The notes beneath the pieces were generated by a model, which saw only the letters and a list, made by a program, of their open reading frames with translations, ran no database searches and had not been told where the DNA came from. From an uncultured Acidobacteriota bacterium (GTDB lineage Bacteria > Acidobacteriota > Thermoanaerobaculia > UBA5066 > DATFVB01), in the NCBI GenBank assembly GCA_963813155.1, contig CAWEYG010000001.1, positions 512,001 through 576,000 of the forward strand: 64,000 bases of DNA, in the 5' to 3' direction. Shown here in pieces: positions 1 through 9,758 of this stretch. How positions within the stretch are numbered: the first letter of the stretch is position 1; every line of letters begins with the position of its first letter. Made by a program: the position numbers and the translations under genes.

Positions 1-412
1 CGACGTGCGACGCGATCGACCAGATGTGGCCGAACGGGTCCTTCAACACTCCGTTGCGATCGCCGTAGAACTGGTTCTCCAGCGGCCGGATCACGGTCGC
101 GCCGCCCGACACCGCGCGGTCGAACACGTCGTCGCAGTCTTCCACGTAGAGGAGCAGCGACACGGGCGGACGCTTATCCGGGTCCGGACCGAAATAGCCC
201 ATCTCCGGGTGCTCGTCGGCGAGCATCAGGACAGAATCTCCGATCTCGAGCTCCGCGTGTCCGACCCGGCCGCCCGGCATGGGCATCCGGAATCGTTCCT
301 TCGCCCCGAACACCTTCGTGTAGTAGTCGATCGCCTTCGGCGCTCCCTGGACGATGAGATACGCGGTGATCGAACGGTATCCCTCGGGAATCGGCTTCAC
401 TTTGTCCGGCAT
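1..412 (-). CDS. VOC/glyoxalase (PhnB-like) family protein, 3' end outside window
   Basis: Manual translation from ATG at 412: MPDKVKPIPEGYRSITAYLIVQGAPKAIDYYTKVFGAKE...HAELEIGDSVLMLADE...QFYGDRNGVLKDPFGHIWSI, typical of VOC proteins; not in the ORF track. Confidence 0.9.
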   Translation of the reverse strand, partial: MPDKVKPIPEGYRSITAYLIVQGAPKAIDYYTKVFGAKERFRMPMPGGRVGHAELEIGDSVLMLADEHPEMGYFGPDPDKRPPVSLLLYVEDCDDVFDRAVSGGATVIRPLENQFYGDRNGVLKDPFGHIWSIASHV

Positions 413-529
413 GGCTGCCCTCCGTCGGAAAGCCTACCTCACGTCGATGAAGACCGATCGAGACGAGCGACCGGGGCGAGCGATCGAGACAAGGAAAACT
501 TTCGGCGACATGCCACGTAGGATCACGTC

Positions 530-937
530 ATGAAGAGAATGTTGATGATCCTTTTCGCCTCATCCGCGTTGCTGACGGGAATCGCCGCTGCGGCCGGACC
601 GCCCGAGACGGTCCACGTTTCGTATCACGTTCAGCCCGGAAAGCTCGACGAATTCCTCAAGGCTCTCAAGGAGCACTTCCCCGCCTGCCGCAAAGACGGC
701 CTCGTCCTCGAATCGCCGCACCTGATCCTCTCCGGCAAGGAAGACGGCGGCAAGCCGGTCGTCGTCGAAATCCTCACCTGGCGCGACGGCGACGCGCCGG
801 ACAACGTGGCGGAAAAGAACCCCGATGTCCTCGCGATCTGGAACCGGCTCAACGCGCTCGTCGAGAAACGGGGCGGCAAGCCGGGAATCGAGATCGACCA
901 GGTGGAGATCGTGGCCGGGGGAAACGCCTCGAAGTAG
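530..937 (+). CDS. secreted hypothetical protein (possible dimeric alpha-beta barrel fold)
   Basis: 135 aa ORF with signal peptide; YHVQPGKLDEF motif resembles ABM/NIPSNAP-type folds. Confidence 0.7.
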   Translation: MKRMLMILFASSALLTGIAAAAGPPETVHVSYHVQPGKLDEFLKALKEHFPACRKDGLVLESPHLILSGKEDGGKPVVVEILTWRDGDAPDNVAEKNPDVLAIWNRLNALVEKRGGKPGIEIDQVEIVAGGNASK

Positions 938-982
938 CGCCCCAAGGCCTGTGATACAACTCCTGCTCAAGGAGACCTCAAA

Positions 983-1408
983 ATGAAAACAGCCGTCCGG
1001 ATGACCCTCGTGGCGCTCGCTCTCGCGTTGCTCGCGAATCCCCTGCGAGCCGCCGACGATCCGAAGAAGCTCGAAGCCACTGCCCAGGTCAAGGCGTACC
1101 GCGCGAACGCGAAAGCGATGCAGGCGGGCGACTGGGAAGGCTACAAGAAGAGCATGGTGAAAGAAGCCGGGCCGATGATGGAGAAGCAGATCAAGGACAT
1201 GGGCAAGACCCCGAAGGAAATGCTCTCCTTCATGGCCTCGATGACGCCGACCGACCTGAAGTTCACGTCGCTGAAGGTCGAAGGAAAGAAAGCCACGCTG
1301 ATGGCGACCGGCAAGGTCGGCGGGGAAATGAACAAGGGCACGATCGATCTCGCGCAGGAAGACGGACAGTGGAAGGTCGGCCAGCAGAGCTGGACGAACT
1401 CGAAATAA
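983..1408 (+). CDS. secreted hypothetical protein (NTF2-like/DUF4878-like)
   Basis: Signal peptide, AGGAG RBS, C-terminal QEDGQWKV motif. Confidence 0.75.
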   Translation: MKTAVRMTLVALALALLANPLRAADDPKKLEATAQVKAYRANAKAMQAGDWEGYKKSMVKEAGPMMEKQIKDMGKTPKEMLSFMASMTPTDLKFTSLKVEGKKATLMATGKVGGEMNKGTIDLAQEDGQWKVGQQSWTNSK

Positions 1409-1447
1409 CGGTTCTCTCGTCAGCAGCCTGCTAGAATCCCCGCCAGG

Positions 1448-1789
1448 ATGAAGACCGAGGTTCGGAAGGCGGGCGACGTGGTGGTCGTCGATCTCGACGG
1501 AAGGCTGGTCGTCGGCGACGGCGGCGACCAGATCCTTCGCGCGACGATCGACGGGCTGCTCGCGGACGGAAAGCGAAAGATCGTGCTCAACCTCGCGGGC
1601 GTTCCCGCGATCGACAGCTCCGGCGTCGGGGAGCTCGTCGAAAGCAAGAAGGTCGCAGAAGGCGTCGGCGCTCAGCTGAAGCTCCTGATCGCCCCGGGCC
1701 GCGCGCAGCACGTTCTGGATGCGATGCTCCTGCTCCCGGTCTTCGAGAGCTTCGACGACGAAGCCGCCGCCCTCGCCTCATTTTCCTGA
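1448..1789 (+). CDS. STAS-domain anti-sigma factor antagonist
   Basis: VVVVDLDGRL...IVLNLAGVPAIDSSGVGELV, with the conserved phosphorylatable Ser motif DSSG. Confidence 0.92.
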   Translation: MKTEVRKAGDVVVVDLDGRLVVGDGGDQILRATIDGLLADGKRKIVLNLAGVPAIDSSGVGELVESKKVAEGVGAQLKLLIAPGRAQHVLDAMLLLPVFESFDDEAAALASFS

Positions 1790-2732
1790 CGAAAGCCCTC
1801 TTCCCGCGAGGAATCACGATCGCGAGCGAAATTACCCCGAGCGCGAGGACCCACGCCGTGATCGCGCCGCCGAGGTGCATCGAACGCAGGGCCTCGAGCT
1901 GCGTCCGGTCGCGCGGGCCCAGACTTTCGACCGAAGAGGCCGCGCGTTCGATCCGATCGATCGTGAGACCCCGAGCGATCAATACGTCGACGACGGTTCG
2001 GATCGCGACGACCGCGACGGCGCCCGCCCAGGCCCACCGCAGCCGGCGCACGAGCCCCCAACCGAGCAGCAGCTGGAGCAGGGCCGCGCCGAGAAATGCG
2101 AGGCGGTACCGTACGTCGAGCACGTCGCCGAAAAACATCCTCTGGCGCGGGGCGGAGAAGCCCAGGCCGAGCGCGAGCCCGGCTCCCGCGACGAGCAGCA
2201 TCGCGGCAGAGAGGACGACGACCGGAAGCCGGTCCGTCCAGCGCTCCTCCGGGTCCAGCCGCTCGCAGGCCTCTCGCACGCCGGCGCTCCGGTAAAAGAG
2301 GAAGTACGCTCCCGGAAGAAGGATTCCGGCGATGGCCATGGCGGCATCGACGCCGAGCGGCGGATTTCGGCCGGCCGACGAAACGATCCTCGGCAACACG
2401 GCCAGCACGCATACGACCGTCACGGTCCCGAAAGCGAGCCAGAGAGCAGAGAACGCCAGCGAGAGAGCCCGGGACCACCGGCGGCCGGCGATCGAGCCGA
2501 TGCCGAGAGCGCCGAAGAAGACCGTGATCGCGAAGGCGACGAGCGTCCAGACGGCCAGCTCCCCGGGAAGGACGGCCTCCGGGCGCGGATTCGTCCCCGT
2601 CAACGCGACGAAGCCGTAGACGAGCGCGCGGATCAGAAACAGGACCGCGAGCAGGAGGTCCAGGATTCCGAACAGGACGAGACCGGCACGGCGGTCCGCG
2701 GGTTCCGCCGCGGCGACTCCAGGAGAATTCAA
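1778..2732 (-). CDS. polytopic membrane protein, hypothetical; probable frameshift near the C-terminus
   Basis: About 8 hydrophobic segments. The ORF-track extension to 1587 overlaps the STAS gene, and a TGA at 1778-1780 in the adjacent frame is the likelier stop. Confidence 0.7.
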
Positions 2733-2764
2733 GCCGCGATCTTACGCCCGCCGCGGGAAAAGCG

Positions 2765-3266
2765 TCAGTTGTTGCCGTTCCCCCGGAACGGAAAGCCTCG
2801 GCCGCGGCCAAACGCGCCGTTGCCGTCGCGGTAGCTCGCGAACTTCTGCTGCTGGTCGGGGTTCAGGAGCGCGCCGACCTGCGAGCGAGTCCTCGCCTCG
2901 AGAAGCGCCGAATCCCCTTCGGCCTGGCCGACGGCCTGCGCCGCGCTTTTGATCGCCTGCTCGTTGAGCGGGGTCGCGACCGTCGCTTTCTGCAGAGCTT
3001 CGCGGGCGGACATGATCGCCTGCGAACGCGCAGATCGATCCGCCTGATGGCTGTCGTAAATCTCCTTGATCTGCTTCGCCTGGTCGTCCGTCAGGCTGAG
3101 CGACCGGGTCATGCGCCCCATGTCTCATCGCCGAAGAGTTGTCGCGCTGCCGGCCGCCCGACGGGTCGGCGGCGAGCGCGGAACTTGCCGAAAGCGAGCC
3201 CGCGACGGCGGCCGCGATCGCCGCAAGTCGAATGAATTCAAGCCTCGTGGACCGGTTCCGAATCAT
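2765..3266 (-). CDS. Spy/CpxP family (LTxxQ) periplasmic chaperone, frameshifted near 3125
   Basis: Signal peptide MIRNRSTRLEFIRLAAIAAA in one frame; LSLTDDQAKQIKEI...LLNPDQQQKF in the next frame. Confidence 0.85.
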
Positions 3267-3316
3267 GCTCGTTCCCTCCGGACGCTTCAACCGTCGTGGA
3301 GCCCGGATTGTTTCAC

Positions 3317-3356
3317 AAAAAAAACGGGCCGCCCCTCCCGTAGAAGAGGCGGCCCG
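3317..3356 (-). terminator. rho-independent terminator
   Basis: CGGGCCGCC/GGCGGCCCG stem followed by a T8 tract on the minus strand, downstream of the 3377-3868 gene. Confidence 0.75.
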
Positions 3357-3376
3357 GGCGCCTGGGACCGGGACTC

Positions 3377-3868
3377 TCAGTCGGAGGCGCGCGGCGAATG
3401 CATTTTCCGGAAATGGCCGGGTTCCATCCCGACGGCTGCGAACTTCTGCTGCTGATCGGGCGTCAGGAGCGGAACGATCTGAGCGTGGACCTGCGCATGG
3501 AGCAGGGCCGCGTCGCCTTCGGCCTGGGCGAGGGCCTGCGCGGCGTTTCGAATTGCGCCCTCGTTGACGGGAGAAGCGAGCGTCGCCTGACGCAGCGCCT
3601 GGTGCGCGGTGCGAAGCGCCTGGAACTGCGCCGTCATCTGGGCCTGGCGGGCGTCGAGCACCTGCTTGATCTGAGCCGACTGCGGGTCGGTCAGCCCCAG
3701 CCGCGCGGTCAGGTGCGAGACCATCCGGTCCGAAGTGAACGGATGCACGCCTTCGGCCGCGGCCGGAGTCACGGCGAGCGCCTGACCGCCCACGAGGACG
3801 GCTCCAACGATCAAGCGGGCGCCCAATCCGCGTAATCCTCTGAATTTGCTGGCTGTATTCCGAGTCAT
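3377..3868 (-). CDS. Spy/CpxP family (LTxxQ) periplasmic chaperone
   Basis: Signal peptide, LGLTDPQSAQIKQV and LLTPDQQQKF motifs; tandem paralog of 2765-3266. Confidence 0.9.
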   Translation of the reverse strand: MTRNTASKFRGLRGLGARLIVGAVLVGGQALAVTPAAAEGVHPFTSDRMVSHLTARLGLTDPQSAQIKQVLDARQAQMTAQFQALRTAHQALRQATLASPVNEGAIRNAAQALAQAEGDAALLHAQVHAQIVPLLTPDQQQKFAAVGMEPGHFRKMHSPRASD

Positions 3869-3962
3869 GGTTCATTACCCTCCGACCCTTTTAAACGGAA
3901 CTGGCGCCCGGTTCGTTACAGGGCCGCGAGGCCGGCCCTTCGGTGCGGGTACAATTCCTCCG

Positions 3963-4241
3963 ATGGACGACGATCTCGGGGGGAAGGAAAAGAGGTTCGT
4001 TCGGATCTGCCGCGAGCCTTCCTACAGCATGTCCGGCCCGATGGGAACGGCGATCCTCAGCCGCGTGCCCTCCTTCCGCGTGCAGCGCCACGACGAGGAG
4101 AAATCCGTCTTCTGCGCGATCTCCCGCCTCGCCCGGCACCTGGAGGCCTGCGGCATGAGCGAGCCCGCGATTCAGGACGCGATCGCAAGGGCAGTTCTCC
4201 TCGAAGAAGAGGGCGACTTCATCGAAGTCGAGCTCCTTTAG
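3963..4241 (+). CDS. hypothetical protein
   Basis: ATG at 3963, 7 nt after TACAAT; 92 aa with normal composition. Confidence 0.55.
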   Translation: MDDDLGGKEKRFVRICREPSYSMSGPMGTAILSRVPSFRVQRHDEEKSVFCAISRLARHLEACGMSEPAIQDAIARAVLLEEEGDFIEVELL

Positions 4242-4258
4242 TGTCCCGAGTCTCCCGG

Positions 4259-4284
4259 GGAATAGATCTCCCGCGAAGGGAGTT
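4259..4284 (+). promoter_or_regulatory. candidate ECF sigma promoter of SigR/SigH type (GGAAT-N18-GTT)
   Basis: GGAAT at 4259-4263 and GTT at 4283-4285 region directly upstream of the YceI RBS; spacing approximates the known SigR/SigH consensus. Confidence 0.45.
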
Positions 4285-4312
4285 CAGGCTCGTCAACAAG
4301 AGGAGAATTCCC

Positions 4313-4906
4313 ATGAAGCTTCGATTCGGACTCGCACTGCCTCTCCTGCTCGGCGCGCTCGCGCCGGCCTCGGCCGCGACGACGACGTGGACGATCGACC
4401 CGAACCATTCGGCGGCGCAGTTCAGCGTTCGCCACATGATGGTCTCCAACGTCCGCGGCGAATTCGGAAAGCTCAGCGGCGCGATCGTCTTCGACGACCA
4501 GGACGCTTCCCGTTCGACCGTCGAGGCGACGATCGACGCGACGACGATCAGCACGCGAGTGGAAGCGCGCGACAACGATCTGAAAAGCGACAGCTTCTTC
4601 GACGTCGCGAAATATCCGACCATCACGTTCAGGTCGGCGACCGTTCGCCCGGCCGGCCCGAACAAGTATTCCGTCGACGGCAATCTGACGATGCACGGCG
4701 TCACGAAGCCGGTCACGCTGGAAGTCAACGTGACTCCCGCGATCAAGGACAAGAACGGAAACGAGCGGCGCGGCGCGGAGGCGACGACGAAGTTGAACCG
4801 GAAAGAATTCGGCGTCAACGGCGGGGGCGCCGCCGTCAGCGACGACGTCCAGGTCCTCATCGACTTCGAGGCGGTCCACAAGGCGGAGCAACCCGCCGCG
4901 AAATAG
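4313..4906 (+). CDS. YceI family protein
   Basis: WTIDPNHSAAQFSVRHMMVSNVRGEF...RDNDLKSDSFFDVAKYPTITF; AGGAG RBS. Confidence 0.95.
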   Translation: MKLRFGLALPLLLGALAPASAATTTWTIDPNHSAAQFSVRHMMVSNVRGEFGKLSGAIVFDDQDASRSTVEATIDATTISTRVEARDNDLKSDSFFDVAKYPTITFRSATVRPAGPNKYSVDGNLTMHGVTKPVTLEVNVTPAIKDKNGNERRGAEATTKLNRKEFGVNGGGAAVSDDVQVLIDFEAVHKAEQPAAK

Positions 4907-5020
4907 AACGCCGGCCCCCAAGCGCGGCCTCAGGCCCGGCGCAGCGGACAGGCTGCCGGAGTCGTCGACATATCATCGCGAGACGCCGCTCGCGTCGCGA
5001 AGCGGCGCGGGAGGATCGAC

Positions 5021-6052
5021 ATGACGAAGATGCGAGCAGTTCAGGTTTCCCGGGCCAACGGGGATTTCGAGATGGTCGAACGCGAGATCCCGGAGCCGGG
5101 CCGCGGCGAGGTGCGGCTCCGAGTCCAGGCGTGCGGCGTCTGCCACAGCGACGTTTACGCGAAGACCGGGGCGCTCCCCGGCATCCGGTACCCGCGCGTG
5201 CCCGGACACGAAGTTGCCGGAGTCGTCGACGCGGTCGGGACCGACGTCGCCGCCTGGAAGCCGGGCGACCGCGCGGGCGTGGGGTGGCACGGCGGTCACT
5301 GCGGTTATTGCGACTCGTGCCGCCGAGGCGAGTTCGTGAGCTGCCGCATCGCACCGCAGGTCACGGGCATCACGATGGACGGCGGGTACGCGGACTACCT
5401 GATCGCGCCCTCGGGCGCGCTCGCGCTCATTCCCGCCGAGCTCTCCCCCGCCGAGGCGGCGCCGCTCCTTTGCGCCGGCGTGACGACCTTCAATGCGCTT
5501 CGGAACAGCGGCGCGCGGGCCGGGGACCTCGTGGCGATCCTGGGCGTGGGCGGCCTCGGCCACCTCGGCGTTCAGTTCGCGGCGAAGATGGGGTTCCGCA
5601 CCGTCGCCATCGCGCGCGGAGAAGAAAAGGAGCCCCTCGCGCGCGAGCTGGGCGCCTGGCGCTACATCGACACGCGCAGGCAGGATCCCGCCGCCGAGCT
5701 CACGAAGCTGGGCGGCGCGCGGGTAATCCTCGCGACCGTCACCGCCGTCAAGGCCATGAACGACACGCTTGCCGGTCTCGCGATCAACGGGAAGTTCCTT
5801 GCGGTCGGCGCTCCGCCCGACCCCCTCTCGGTTCCGGTGGGGCTGCTGATCGGGGGCCGTCGCTCCGTCTCGGGGTGGCCCTCCGGGTCGTCGATCGACT
5901 CTCAGGACACGCTGGCGTTCGCGGCGCTCTCGGGGGTTCGGTCGAGGAATGAGGAGTTTCCGCTGGAACGCGCCGCGGAGGCGTATGCCCGGATGATGAG
6001 TGGGGAGGCGAGGTTCCGGGTCGTCCTGACGACGGCCGCCAGACTGGAGTAA
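5021..6052 (+). CDS. zinc-dependent alcohol dehydrogenase
   Basis: CGVCHSD, PGHE, CGYCDSCRRGEFVSC structural Zn site, GVGGLG Rossmann motif. Confidence 0.95.
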   Translation: MTKMRAVQVSRANGDFEMVEREIPEPGRGEVRLRVQACGVCHSDVYAKTGALPGIRYPRVPGHEVAGVVDAVGTDVAAWKPGDRAGVGWHGGHCGYCDSCRRGEFVSCRIAPQVTGITMDGGYADYLIAPSGALALIPAELSPAEAAPLLCAGVTTFNALRNSGARAGDLVAILGVGGLGHLGVQFAAKMGFRTVAIARGEEKEPLARELGAWRYIDTRRQDPAAELTKLGGARVILATVTAVKAMNDTLAGLAINGKFLAVGAPPDPLSVPVGLLIGGRRSVSGWPSGSSIDSQDTLAFAALSGVRSRNEEFPLERAAEAYARMMSGEARFRVVLTTAARLE

Positions 6053-6093
6053 AATCGCGCATCGTCCAACCCGGAAACGTTTGGAGGTGCGAG

Positions 6094-8331
6094 ATGGCTC
6101 CTGCGCTTCGCTCCCTGATCCTTTCCACGGTGGTCCCGCTGCTGCCGGCCGCGGCTCTCGCGGCAACGTTCCCCTCGATTGAAGTCGTCCGCGCCGACGC
6201 GACCCGGACGGTCCGCCTCGACTCCGCGCCCGATCTGGGGGACGCGGCGACGGGCTTCGACTTCTGCCTGAAGGACTCGACGAACGGCTCGAGGCTGCGA
6301 TTCAATTCGACGACCGGCGCGTACGTCGTCTGCGGCGCCGACGGCACGTTCGAGGAAGGGGTCGGAACGGTGACGACGTCGGGCAGCACCGTGACCCTTT
6401 CCCACGCGTTCGGCAACCGGGCTTTCCACGGCCTGGAATCGGTCCACGCGACGGTGAACACGGCGACGGCGCAGGGGCAGGCGTACCTCAACGCCTCGAG
6501 CGAATCGCGGCCGTCTTTCAAGCCGGTCACGATCGACGATCCGAACATCAACGACAACGGCGACTGCTCCGCGTGCGCCTCCCTGACGGCGGTCAGCGAG
6601 GGAACGATCAACCTCACGGACACTCCGACACACGTGTTTTCCCTGAACACGACGCAGACGCAGTTCAACGTGCTGCAGAAATACACGCTGAATCCCGACT
6701 TCGACGGGACGCTGACGCGCCTCGTCGGCGGCATCTCCCGCAACGGTGCCGGGTCTCTTTCGTTCCAGATGGTCGTCTATCCGGACAACAACGGCCTGCC
6801 CGGAAGCACGCCGCTCTACGTGAGCCCGACGTTCGACTACCCTTCTTTTCCCGCGTTTCCCACGATCGGGATCGTCCATCAGGACCTGAGTCTCCGGGTG
6901 GACCCGAAGTTCTGGGCGGGAGTTCGCTACAACCCCGTCTCGGACCCGCTCTATTTTCCGTTCGACGACGCGCCCACGTCGCCGGACACCGACGTCTATG
7001 GGTGCGGAGCGACGGGACCGTGCCAGAGGATCTCGATCAGCCAGGTCGTCATCCGCAACCTCTATCTCTCGGCCGATTCCAAGTACTCGAACCTCTACCA
7101 GAGCGGCGGGTTCGTGCGCTACGGGATTCCGGGCACGAGGGAAATCGTCTCGGACAAATGCGGAGACGGCTCTTACGAGCAGATCAGTCTCACCCCGACC
7201 GGCATTTCCCAGCTCTACTCGGAGAACGGCGTGGTCTCCGCCACGTCGGAATTTCCGCCGACCGACTTTTCGAAAGCTTTCGCCCGGATCCGGCCCGTGA
7301 TCGACGTCAATGGCACGGGTCTCGACGGGAAGGCGGACACGCGGTACGGAACGAACCAGCGTTTCTCGGCGTTTTCGTTCATCGGGAACAACGACTGGAA
7401 CTTCTGCACGCGGCTCTCCACCACGACCGACTACGAATGCCACACGATTCCCGGCTTCGTCTCCGGTTCGGGCGGCTACACGCGCATCACCGGAGTGGCG
7501 AACGGACTCGAGGCCTCGTACGGGAACTCCGTGGCCGACCAGCTCAACCGCGTGTTCCTTCAGTACAACGGATCGAACTGGACGGCGCAGACTCTCAACC
7601 CGGTCACCGCGTCGCCGTCGATCGGTAACCCGGAGTTCGGCTTCAACTGGTACCAGGCGAGATCGTTCAAGCTCGGGGTCGTGTACGAGTACAAGAAGAC
7701 CGATGGTGCGATCGAAGCTCAGCTGCTGAACGGAAATTCGGTCATCGGAAAATATGCGATCGACACCGACGACCCGCCCGCCGGGTTCAACCCGAGTCTC
7801 GCGACGCAGATGGGCGCCGACTGCTCGAGGCAGGGGTGGTGCATCATCGGACGCTTCGACTCCCACCTGCAGAGCAACGTCGCGGACTACATCGACTTCA
7901 CCGAGTCGCCGCCGGAAATCCAGCACTGGGTTCTCGGCTCCGCTCCGCAGGGTTTCGGCTTCGGCCGGGCCGTCAACATCAACGGCCGAGACCAGAAGGC
8001 GCTCTACGCCAGCTATTCGCTCTCCTCCACGGCGAACCAGTACCGGCTGCAGCTCGATTACATCGACCTGAAGAGTACGACTTACAAGAACTTTTCCCTC
8101 GGGTTCGACTACACCGCGAGCGCCGGGAATTTCCCGCTGAGCATCGCGCGCGAAGGAGGCTCTTTCGGCCTCGGGCAGCTCCGCGGCGTGAACACGTTCT
8201 ATTCGCTGACGGAAAACTGCGGCCCCTCGAACTTCCGCGGCCGCGGAACGGGGACCGGATCGGGAGACGGCGGGGAGCCGAGGATCCCGTGCGAAAGCCT
8301 GCCGCCGATCAGCATCCACAACCGGTTCTGA
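6094..8331 (+). CDS. large secreted beta-rich hypothetical protein (745 aa)
   Basis: Signal peptide, GGAGG RBS, Ser/Thr/Asn/Gly-rich with paired cysteines. Confidence 0.8.
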   Translation: MAPALRSLILSTVVPLLPAAALAATFPSIEVVRADATRTVRLDSAPDLGDAATGFDFCLKDSTNGSRLRFNSTTGAYVVCGADGTFEEGVGTVTTSGSTVTLSHAFGNRAFHGLESVHATVNTATAQGQAYLNASSESRPSFKPVTIDDPNINDNGDCSACASLTAVSEGTINLTDTPTHVFSLNTTQTQFNVLQKYTLNPDFDGTLTRLVGGISRNGAGSLSFQMVVYPDNNGLPGSTPLYVSPTFDYPSFPAFPTIGIVHQDLSLRVDPKFWAGVRYNPVSDPLYFPFDDAPTSPDTDVYGCGATGPCQRISISQVVIRNLYLSADSKYSNLYQSGGFVRYGIPGTREIVSDKCGDGSYEQISLTPTGISQLYSENGVVSATSEFPPTDFSKAFARIRPVIDVNGTGLDGKADTRYGTNQRFSAFSFIGNNDWNFCTRLSTTTDYECHTIPGFVSGSGGYTRITGVANGLEASYGNSVADQLNRVFLQYNGSNWTAQTLNPVTASPSIGNPEFGFNWYQARSFKLGVVYEYKKTDGAIEAQLLNGNSVIGKYAIDTDDPPAGFNPSLATQMGADCSRQGWCIIGRFDSHLQSNVADYIDFTESPPEIQHWVLGSAPQGFGFGRAVNINGRDQKALYASYSLSSTANQYRLQLDYIDLKSTTYKNFSLGFDYTASAGNFPLSIAREGGSFGLGQLRGVNTFYSLTENCGPSNFRGRGTGTGSGDGGEPRIPCESLPPISIHNRF

Positions 8332-8363
8332 GGGAGGCCCTCGATGGCGACAGCGAAGACAGT

Positions 8364-9057
8364 CTAAGGCCCGAAGACGACTTCCCCTTTCGGGCACTTC
8401 AGCGTCACACGCAGCGCCGGGGCTGGCGCGAGGCGCGCTGGAACGTCCAGTCCGAGCAGCGCGAAGAGCTTCGCGAGCGCGGAAACGTCCTTGTCGAAGA
8501 CCTCGAGCCTTGCAAGCGTGCATCCACCCGGCGACGTTCGGCTCGGGTGCGGCGACGATTTGTCCCATTCGATGAAGAACGGGGCCTCGTCGAGGCCCAC
8601 ACCCGTGAGACCGAGCGTCCGCCAGCGGAGCATCGACCCGTCCGCGCGCTTCCGGGATCCGGGCCGGACCTCGGACGCCGCAAAGCCACCGTCGGCAGAG
8701 CAGTTTCGCGCTCTGATCGAGGTCCGACGAACGAACTGCGAAGAAGACCGGCTTCGGGCTCTCGAACTTCAGAAGCTCCCTGTCGCCAACCGAAAGCTGC
8801 GCCCCGGCAACCGGCGCGAGGATCTCGAGGTATGTTCCGCCGCCGAGGCTCATCAGCGCGTTCTGCGTTCCCCGCCCCGGATGAACGCCGCCCTTGACGG
8901 CGCGGACTCCCGTTCGCTGCGCGACGGCCGCGATCCCCGCATCCAGGTCCGCCGCCCCGATGCCAACGTGATCGATCGCGTGCGCGGGAGGCCCGGCGGC
9001 GCCGAGAATCCGCGACGCCGCGAGCAGGATCGCCGAACCGAAGGCGCCGTTTTTCAT
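8364..9057 (-). CDS. VOC family (glyoxalase-like) protein, frameshifted near 8690
   Basis: IDHVGIGAADLDAG...GGVHPGRGTQNALMSLGGGTYLEILAP, then LRWRTLG...PFFIEWD...HPSRTSPGGC in another frame. Confidence 0.88.
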
Positions 9058-9716
9058 GGCAGGGGGCGCTTTCGCCCCGCGTGCTTCTTCCCGGAGTCCG
9101 GCGTCGCCACGCCCGGGAAGAGCGCGAGAAACCGGCCGGGATTCAGCTCGGAGAAGACCATCGCGGCCGCGTAGACGACGACGAGGAGGTGCGGACCGAA
9201 TCGCCCGAACAGGCGCGGCAAGCCCGTGTAGGTCACGAAGATCACGGCGACCCACCGGAGCAGCGTCAGGCCGAACAGAGGCTTGAGCCCCACCTGCTCC
9301 GGCGTCCGGCGGCGAAGCTGCCAGAGGAGGGTGACGCCCCACGCGATCGACAGCAGCGCCTGGATCTCCAGGGATCTCTGGAACTGCGGATCGGCCCACG
9401 TCATCCGCAGCGAGAATCCCGTGCCCGCGAGCGCGAAAATCAGCACGCCGCCCAGCGGAATCGAAAGGATCGCGACGAGGAACGCGGCGGCGAACACGGA
9501 CCCGACGAGCGCCTTCGCGGCCGGGACGGCGGCCCCATCCGCCCCCTGCCTGGACAGGGAGAACGCGATCGCGACGATCAGCATGCCGAGCGCCAGCATC
9601 GTGTCGGCGAACAGGATCAACAGGACGTTCCCCGGATCCCAGCCCAGGAACAACACGCCGATCGCGGGCATGAGGCACCGCGCGACGACGACGACCAGCA
9701 GCGCGAGGGAGATCAT
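9054..9716 (-). CDS. hypothetical membrane protein (DUF6498-like)
   Basis: Multiple TM segments, PAIGVLFLGWD motif; ATGA overlap with the downstream gene. Confidence 0.75.
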   Translation of the reverse strand: MISLALLVVVVARCLMPAIGVLFLGWDPGNVLLILFADTMLALGMLIVAIAFSLSRQGADGAAVPAAKALVGSVFAAAFLVAILSIPLGGVLIFALAGTGFSLRMTWADPQFQRSLEIQALLSIAWGVTLLWQLRRRTPEQVGLKPLFGLTLLRWVAVIFVTYTGLPRLFGRFGPHLLVVVYAAAMVFSELNPGRFLALFPGVATPDSGKKHAGRKRPLP

Positions 9717-9758
9717 CCGCGAATCCTATCTCCGGACGGAGATAGACTTTCCGCCGCC

